The notes beneath the pieces are model-generated. The model saw only the letters and a list, made by a program, of their open reading frames with translations, made no database searches and was not told where the DNA came from. The position numbers and the translations under genes were made by a program. Positions 57,787 through 64,000 of a stretch of 64,000 nt of DNA are shown in pieces. Each line of letters begins with the position of its first letter. Within the stretch, counting starts at the first letter, position 1. The DNA is from Acidobacteriota bacterium (lineage in GTDB: Bacteria > Acidobacteriota > UBA890 > WLXD01). The DNA lies in contig CAXWPL010000005.1 of the NCBI GenBank assembly GCA_963666215.2, forward strand, positions 352,001-416,000. Reading direction: 5' to 3'.

Positions 57787-57846
57787 GCATCGGACTCAAA
57801 ATCCGGTGGGCTTACGCTCGTGAGGGTTCGAGTCCCTCCCTCGGTA
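57787..57846 (+). tRNA. 3' fragment of tRNA-Leu(CAA), att-like; lacks a contiguous 5' acceptor strand and D-arm
   Basis: Anticodon arm TCGGA-CTCAAAA-TCCGG, variable arm GGGC-TTAC-GCTC, T arm GAGGG-TTCGAGT-CCCTC, 3' acceptor strand CCTCGGT-A. Confidence 0.85.
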
Positions 57847-57860
57847 CTTTTGTTTTCGTC

Positions 57861-57953
57861 CCACCGTATCCGCCCGAGTTTCGCCGGCAGATCGACGAGC
57901 TAGCGCGGGCAGGCCGCAGCGTGCAGGAGCTGGCCGAGGAGTTTGAGGCGTCG
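57861..57953 (+). mobile_element. IS3-family transposase OrfA N-terminal remnant
   Basis: Translates as PPYPPEFRRQIDELARAGRSVQELAEEFEAS, an IS3 OrfA HTH-like start. Confidence 0.75.
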
Positions 57954-58250
57954 TCGCGAACCCGGCCCTCGATCAGAACGCCGGAGGCGGTAGAAACGGT
58001 GACGGAGCGATCGATCACGTTGGCCTGAACGGGAAATCCGAGGACCGCGGTGTCGCGAAAATCCGCGTGGCCAGACCAGCCGCCGGCGGCGTCCGGTCTC
58101 AGCTCGATCTCTGCCCGGACCTCCATACCCTCGATGTCCGCGACGCCCTGCCAGCGTCCCATCAGTGAAACCGACTGTCCGGCGGCAGCGAGAACCGCAA
58201 ACACGACTCCCGACACGATGCCGGTCGAGCTTCGTCGTCCCGCGGGTCAT
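57954..58250 (-). pseudogene. Truncated, frameshifted exported protein fragment
   Basis: MTRGTTKL/TGIVSGVVFAVLAAAGQSVSLMGRWQG..., signal-like start, breaks off at the IS3 remnant. Confidence 0.45.
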
Positions 58251-58312
58251 GCGGGGAAACAACGCAACATCAGGCTTGACGGGCACGCCGCGTCGCCAGG
58301 GGCGGCCGGTGA

Positions 58313-58954
58313 TCACTTGCCGCGGATCAAGCCATCCTGGTTGTAGTGGTGGACACAAAATAGCGCCCACGAATCTTCGAACGCCATCTCCAGGTCACCG
58401 GTCACCTCGGTCGTGCCTCGTCCGATCTCTCCGTAGGTGAACTCGAAGCTGCCGGTCGGGCGTGCGATTGCGATGTGGAACGGTTCACCATCGAACGTGT
58501 TGATGATCGGTCTGCCGGCACTCTTCACGACACCCGGAATGACGACCTTCGCGGTTCTGAGCTCGAGGTTCACCTCGAGATCGATCGGCAGGAACAGCGT
58601 CTCGAAAAACTCCGAGCACAAGGAACCGAAAACGGAAAAATGATTGCTGAAGGGCGCGCATGCCTCGCCCGAGATGATCGTTTCAAGAGCAAGCCGTTGA
58701 GCCTCGTCCGCGCTCTCGTCGATCACGATCTGGCGCTCGCCGTTTCCTTCCGCAATCTCACCCGGGTACTTGCATATCAGCGCCCAATTCAGGCCCGCGA
58801 GCGGCGTGTCGTTGAAATGACCGTCGACGATCGTGCCGACGTAGGCGAAGTGACAATTGCCATGTGTCGTGGGCTCGTTGAACTGACAACCGCAGCTCAC
58901 GGAACAATTGCAGTTGTCGTAGGTATGGCTCTTGAATTCCCACCGGTCAGACAT
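58313..58954 (-). CDS. DUF1326 domain protein (Cys-rich, putative metal-binding)
   Basis: W......DNCNCSVSCGC....PTHGNC, G.L.GL and IDE.A...QR.AL..I.SG motifs. Confidence 0.85.
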   Translation of the reverse strand: MSDRWEFKSHTYDNCNCSVSCGCQFNEPTTHGNCHFAYVGTIVDGHFNDTPLAGLNWALICKYPGEIAEGNGERQIVIDESADEAQRLALETIISGEACAPFSNHFSVFGSLCSEFFETLFLPIDLEVNLELRTAKVVIPGVVKSAGRPIINTFDGEPFHIAIARPTGSFEFTYGEIGRGTTEVTGDLEMAFEDSWALFCVHHYNQDGLIRGK

Positions 58955-59151
58955 GTTGGCAATCCTCCCAGGGCCGGCGCTGCGAGTCAGCGCCGAAACC
59001 GCACGCGCGTCGTGATCCATCTCTGCAAGACCGCGGTCCCCGACGGGAATCTAACCGTTGCTCGGAGAGGGAACAACGGGAGCATAGATCGACGAGCCAC
59101 CCGACCCGGAGGCAGATCGTCCCGCGCCTGCCCGCCGGCCGGCTACGGAGC

Positions 59152-59760
59152 TCAGAGCAGCACGGTCGCCACGCCGGTGACGATGAGCGCCACGGCCCAG
59201 ATCAGATCGAGGTTGATCCACGCGCGCCGTAGGAACCGCACGCCGAACCGCTCGTAGACCACAACCGCGACCAATCCCGTCACGAGCAGATAGCCCGCGG
59301 TATGGACGACCGTGGCAGTGAGCCCCGCCAGCGGACCGCCGGCCGCAGGCAGCATCGAGCCCGACGTGGGGTCAGCCCCCAAGGTCACGGGCAGCACCAT
59401 CAGCCCCGCGCCGTGCGCCGACGCCATCAGGAACGACCAGATCGTCAGCTGGCCCAGGCTCATCTGCATGCCACCGTAGCGCGGGTGCCGGGCGCGTACC
59501 AGCTTGATGCCGCCGAAGACAACCAGCAGTGCCGCGACGAGCAGCTTCAACGCGCCGAGGGGCAACAGCACGCCGAGCGCCGCCGCGACGAGCAGCGCCA
59601 CCACGATCGCCAAGGCATGGCCGGCCGCAAGGGGCAGAAGCGTTCGCCAAACCACCGCTCGGCGGCGCTCCTGCATGCCCAGAGCGACCGCAAAGAGCCA
59701 CCCCATGCCCGGGTTGATGCCGTGGTACGCGCCGAGCGTGAAGAGCGTCGCCCAGGTCAA
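59152..59760 (-). CDS. Six-TM His-bearing membrane protein downstream of SBP56
   Basis: GAYHGINPGMGWLFAV, AGH, SAHGAGLM, VHT and W.NLD..W motifs. Confidence 0.8.
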   Translation of the reverse strand: MTWATLFTLGAYHGINPGMGWLFAVALGMQERRRAVVWRTLLPLAAGHALAIVVALLVAAALGVLLPLGALKLLVAALLVVFGGIKLVRARHPRYGGMQMSLGQLTIWSFLMASAHGAGLMVLPVTLGADPTSGSMLPAAGGPLAGLTATVVHTAGYLLVTGLVAVVVYERFGVRFLRRAWINLDLIWAVALIVTGVATVLL

Positions 59761-59772
59761 GCCGGTGTTGGG

Positions 59773-61179
59773 CTACGAGAAGCAGTAGGAGTCGGACGAG
59801 GCGTCGCCGCCCTCGAGCCGCACCTGGTGCGAGCGCATGCCGCCGGTCTCGAGCAGGAACTTCGGATCGAGCTCCAGGCCTCCGTCGGGGCCGGCATCCG
59901 CCTTCACCATCCAGCCCTCGATCCCGTCCGGATAGAACTGCGCATCCCACGGAGAATAGAGCGAGTTGGTGAAGTAAACGCGGCGGCCGTCGCGGCTCAC
60001 TTCGACCATTTGAGGCCCGCCGTTGAGCGGCTGGTCCGGCTTCGCGGGGTGTGCGGCCCGGCTTACGATGCCGCCGAGCTCGAGGCAGGCCGTGCGCTTG
60101 GGGTTGCGGCGATCGCTGACGTCGTACTGGTGGAACTCACCGGTGCCCCAGCAGGAGACGTACAGAAAGCGATCGTCGACCGACAGGTCGATGTCCGTAA
60201 CCAAGGGCGGCACCGCGCCGAAGCCTTTGAGCAACTCCGGCAGATCGTCGGCGTCGGCCGGCTGCGCCGGGATCGTCACTACCTTGTGGATCGACCAGCC
60301 GGCGTCGCCGTTACCCTCGCCCTTCTCCCACAGCCAGATCGACGCCGACAGATCCTCTAACGACACCACAACGCCGACGAACCCGTAGGCGTGCCTCGGA
60401 TCGTGCGCCGGTCGGACCTCGAGCACCATCTGCTGCTTGTCGCCGAGATCCAGCGCCTGCAGGTGCGAGCGCTTCTTCAGGTCCCAGACGTGGAGACGAT
60501 GCCCGTACCTCCCTGCTAGCAAGAGCTCGGGATTGAGGCCGCCGGTCACCATGTTCGGCGTACCCCATTCGCTGGTGATCACCGCGTCATGGCCGAGATG
60601 CCAGCCAAAGTCGTATGCGAGCTCTTGTGGGCCGTGGTCGACCTCCCAAGCCCCGCGAAGCTCGAAGGTCTCGTGGTCCATCGAGAAGATGCCACCCGGC
60701 CCGTCGCCGTCGACGTTGCCAAGGGCACTGATGTAGATGCCGTCCGGGCCACAGTGAACGGTGTGCGGGGCGCTGTACCCGGTCTTCTCAGCCAGCTCGT
60801 CCGCCTCGATGACCTTGACGATCTGCGGGTTGCGAGGATCGGGCTTGGTGTCGAGGACGTGGATGCGCGACGAGTGGATGCCAGGAACGATCAGGTAGCG
60901 GCGCTCCATGTGGGCGTGGGGTGCGTACGGGCACAAGCAAGAGCTGCACGCGTTCCAGCCGAAATGGTGTAGCTCGTCGCCTGGCGCCGACATGTCGCAT
61001 TGCCCGACCAACTGACCGTACTCGGGAGAGGCCGGGTCGACATCAACGACGCCGATCGCGTCCGGGCGGCCATCGTCGGTGCTGTTCAGCAGTGAGAGAT
61101 AAGCAATCCCCTCTGCAGGTGCCTCAATGGCGTTCTTCGGCGAGGGGTAGAAGCTCGGGTCCGGGGTAAGTGTTGCCAT
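59773..61179 (-). CDS. Selenium-binding protein SBP56 / methanethiol oxidase family
   Basis: DELHHFGWNACSS, PHTVHCGP, SEWG.P, LSVDDRFLYVSCW, GGPQMVEVS.DG, NSLYSPWD.QFYP and GGDASSD motifs. No signal peptide. Confidence 0.95.
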   Translation of the reverse strand: MATLTPDPSFYPSPKNAIEAPAEGIAYLSLLNSTDDGRPDAIGVVDVDPASPEYGQLVGQCDMSAPGDELHHFGWNACSSCLCPYAPHAHMERRYLIVPGIHSSRIHVLDTKPDPRNPQIVKVIEADELAEKTGYSAPHTVHCGPDGIYISALGNVDGDGPGGIFSMDHETFELRGAWEVDHGPQELAYDFGWHLGHDAVITSEWGTPNMVTGGLNPELLLAGRYGHRLHVWDLKKRSHLQALDLGDKQQMVLEVRPAHDPRHAYGFVGVVVSLEDLSASIWLWEKGEGNGDAGWSIHKVVTIPAQPADADDLPELLKGFGAVPPLVTDIDLSVDDRFLYVSCWGTGEFHQYDVSDRRNPKRTACLELGGIVSRAAHPAKPDQPLNGGPQMVEVSRDGRRVYFTNSLYSPWDAQFYPDGIEGWMVKADAGPDGGLELDPKFLLETGGMRSHQVRLEGGDASSDSYCFS

Positions 61180-61357
61180 CGGTCTAGCCTCCTGTCCACG
61201 CGACTATCTCAACCTGGCGAAGATCTCAGCTCATAGCAGAACGACAGTACCAGAACATCGTCGCGGCTTCGCGGGCCAATGAAGGGACGACGGAGCTCCG
61301 CTAGCTAGCCGTCACCGCCCGTTGCCGCACTCGCAGCGCGACTCAGCCTTTCCCTAG

Positions 61358-62050
61358 CAGGCTGCTGAAAAACTCCTAGCGTTCATGTAGCTTGACCCAT
61401 GCAGCCCCGTGCCAACCGGAAGCATCGACGAGGTGAGCAGATGCGTGGTGAAGACGCGGGTCAAGTGGCAGCGTTCAGCTATATCTCGCCCGAGCAGAGG
61501 GTACCGAAGGACCATCCGCTGCGGCGGCTGCTGAAGATCGTCAACAACGTGCTGGAACAGATGTCGCCACTGTTCGCCGGCATGTACTCGCACACGGGGC
61601 GGCCGTCGATCCCGCCGGAGAAGCTGTTGCGGGCATTGCTGCTGCAGGTGCTGTATACGATCCGCTCCGAGCGCATGCTGATGGAGCAGCTCGACTACAA
61701 CCTGCTATTCCGCTGGTTCGTGGGCTTGAACATGGACGATGCGGTGTGGGATGCGACGGTGTTCACCAAGAACCGAGACCGGGTGCTCGGTGGTGAGGTC
61801 GCCGAAGTGTTCTTCGAGCAAGTCGTGGAGCAAGCGCGCAGGCGCGGACTGCTATCGGACGAGCACTTCACCGTTGATGGAACGCTGATCGAAGCGTGGG
61901 CATCGCACAAGAGCTACCAGCCCAAAGACCCGAGCGGGCGGCAGGATCCACCCAGTGGTGGCGGCCGGAACCCGGACGTCGATTTCCGCAAACAGCGGCG
62001 CAAGAGCGATACACACGCCTCGAGAACCGATCCTGACGCCCGCCTGTATA
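61358..62050 (+). mobile_element. Truncated IS5/IS1182-like element: left end plus N-terminal transposase (ATG 61441)
   Basis: CTAG followed by end-like CAGGCTGCTGAAAAA. MRGED...HPLR, GRPSIPPE.LLR, RSER.L, FRWFVG, VDGTLIEAWAS, TDPDARLYR, then the similarity stops. Confidence 0.88.
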
Positions 62051-62725
62051 GGCCCGATGGGGACATCCGTCGAGGCGTTCTCCACCTTCAACCAGATCAT
62101 GGCCGCGCAGGGATGGTTGGTGTTCAGCCCCAACTACCGTGGCAGCAGCACCCAAGGGAAGGCCTTTCAGAGCGCCGTGATCAACGATGCCGGCGACGGG
62201 CCGGGGCGCGACGTCATGTCGGGCGTCGATGCGGTGAAAGCGCTCGGGATTGTCGACGACAGCCGCATCGCCGTGTCGGGATGGTCGTACGGCGGCTACA
62301 TGACCGCCTGGCTCACGGCCCATTACGACGGCTGGGCCGTTGCCATGGCGGGAGCCGCGGTGACCGACTGGTTCGACTGGTACAGCATGGCCGACATGAA
62401 CACCTGGGCCGGATTCGGGCTCGGTGGATCGCCGTGGCTCAACGACAACGCGATGAACTACTGGCGCCAGTCACCCATGGCCTACGCGCACCAGATCCGT
62501 ACGCCCACCCTCATCATCTCGAACACCGGCGACGAGCGTGTCACGGTGAGCCAGTCCTACAAGCTCTACCACGCGCTCAAAGACAACGGCGTGGAGGTCA
62601 AGTTCGTGGTGTATCCGGTGGGTGGGCACTTCCCGTCGGATCCTGTGCATCGGCGAGACCTGCGGCGACGCTGGGTGGAATGGATCGCCGAGCACTTCGA
62701 CCGCGTCGACACCGCCGCCCGCTGA
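62051..62725 (+). pseudogene. C-terminal catalytic fragment of an S9 peptidase
   Basis: Starts at the [HG]GP motif position. PNYRGS, GWSYGG, GDERV and GGHF motifs. No N-terminal propeller. Confidence 0.85.
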
Positions 62726-62752
62726 TGGTCGGGGCTTTCCGAGGAGGAAGAG

Positions 62753-64000
62753 ATGACGAACTTCAACCGCCGAAGCTTCGGTAGGACGCTGGGCATGCTC
62801 GGACTGGCCGAAGCGCTCTCGGGTAGGTCCTCCGCCGCCGTCAGCGCCCCCTCTTCGTCGGAGGGCGCACGCGGCGAGGTGCTCCCGGTGGGACGGCGCC
62901 CGGCCGTTCAGCCAGAGATCGACGTGATTCGGGCTCGCCGTGAGACGCCCGGCGCCGAGCGCGTGCTGCACTTCAACAACGCCGGCGCCTCGCTTACCCC
63001 GACGCCGGTGCTCGACGCTCTCTACGGCCACCTGCGCGCCGAGGCGGAAATGGGCGGGTACGAGGCGGCGGACGCGGCTGCGAAGCTACGAGGCCATCGC
63101 CGAGCTGTTGGGTTGTGAGACCGACGAGATCGCCCTCGTCGAGAACGCCACGCGCGCCTGGGACATGGCCTTCTACGCGGTGTCCTTCAAGGCCGGGGAT
63201 CGCATCCTCACCTGCGAAGCGGTGTACGCCAGCAACTACCTCGCCTACATGCACGTCGCCCGAAGGACCGGGGCGGTGGTCGAGGTCGTGCCCAGCGATG
63301 CCGACGGTCAGATCTCGCTGGATGCGCTGCACACCGAGCTCCGACGCGGGGGGGTCGCACTGGTGGGGCTCACCCACGTACCCACGAATGGCGGTTTGGT
63401 GAATCCGGCCGAAGAGGTCGGCAAGCTGACGCGCGAGGCCGGTGTCCCCTTCCTGCTCGACGCCTGTCAGTCGGCGGGACAGTGGCCTCTTGACGTCGAT
63501 GCGCTCGGCTGCGACATGCTCTCGGTCACGGGACGAAAGTACCTGCGAGGACCGCGCGGCACCGGCTTCCTTTACGTGCGAAAACAGATGACCGACGAGT
63601 TGGACCCGCCCTTCCTCGACCTGCGCGCCGCCACCTGGACCGCGCGCAACGAGTACGAGATCCAGCCCACCGCCAGGCGCTTCGAAAACTGGGAGTCGTA
63701 CGTGGCCGGCCACATCGCGCTCGGTGCTGCGGTCGACTACGCGCTGGACTGGGGCATCAGGCCCATCCAGCAGCGCGTGGTCCTTCTCGCCGAGACGCTG
63801 CGAGGCGCTCTGGCCGAGACCCCTGGCGTCGACGTCCGGGACATCGGTCGCCACAAGTGCGGCATCGTCACGTTCACGGTCGCCGGCCGAGAGCCGTCGG
63901 ACCTCGAGAGCGAGTTGAGGGCGCGAGGCGTGAACGTCAGCGTTACCGGGCGCTCGTCGAGCCGGATCGACATGGAGGCCCGCAACCTGCAGTCGATGGT
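62753..64000 (+). pseudogene. Class V PLP aminotransferase (cysteine desulfurase / C-S lyase-like) with a Tat-like leader; frameshift near 63085; runs off the window
   Basis: GAGGAGG RBS, NRRSF leader, HFNNAGA and GGYEA. The second frame from 63087 has ENATRAW, LDACQSAG and TGRKYLRGPRGTG. Confidence 0.85.

Noticed and set aside
61399-62784. 461-aa full-length transposase
   Set aside because: Only about the first 200 codons are transposase-like. The rest is out-of-frame read-through of the S9 fragment.
1-64000. CRISPR array, rRNA, intact tRNA, riboswitch or selenocysteine read-through
   Set aside because: None was recognisable by eye. A covariance-model search would be needed to exclude small structured RNAs.

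Overview
High-GC bacterial DNA. The gene repertoire (Oar-like TonB-dependent receptor, wHTH-TM-PD40 regulator, tandem amidohydrolases) suggests Acidobacteriota, which is an inference only. There are four zones. (1) 1-16 kb, core metabolism: a minus-strand string of agmatinase-like, CDF, MoeB, JAB, aroD/aroE fusion, YIP1 and trpE-trpG-trpD-trpC, then divergent cysK/CBS and cystathionine gamma-lyase genes, eno-ftsB and a stand-alone ketosynthase. (2) 16-27 kb, envelope and glycan-modification accessory genes. (3) 27.3-53.3 kb, about 26 kb of predicted exported hydrolases (2 amidohydrolases, 3 M28 peptidases, S8, S9, a BNR propeller, a metallophosphoesterase), a TPR protein, a TonB-dependent receptor and a ToxR/CadC-like membrane-anchored winged-helix regulator. 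Three upstream regions in this locus share an array of five 11-bp-phased TTCGA-like direct repeats. This is the best candidate for an undescribed system: a PUL-like peptide/amide utilisation regulon. (4) 53.5-64 kb, a decayed island-like region with a tRNA-Leu 3' fragment beside 10-bp phased repeats, IS3, IS5, integrase, ABC and PQQ-propeller relics, an orphan TetR with twin operators, DUF418, DUF1326 and an SBP56/methanethiol oxidase module. Several frameshifts may be sequencing errors. All family calls come from motifs read by eye; no database search was run.
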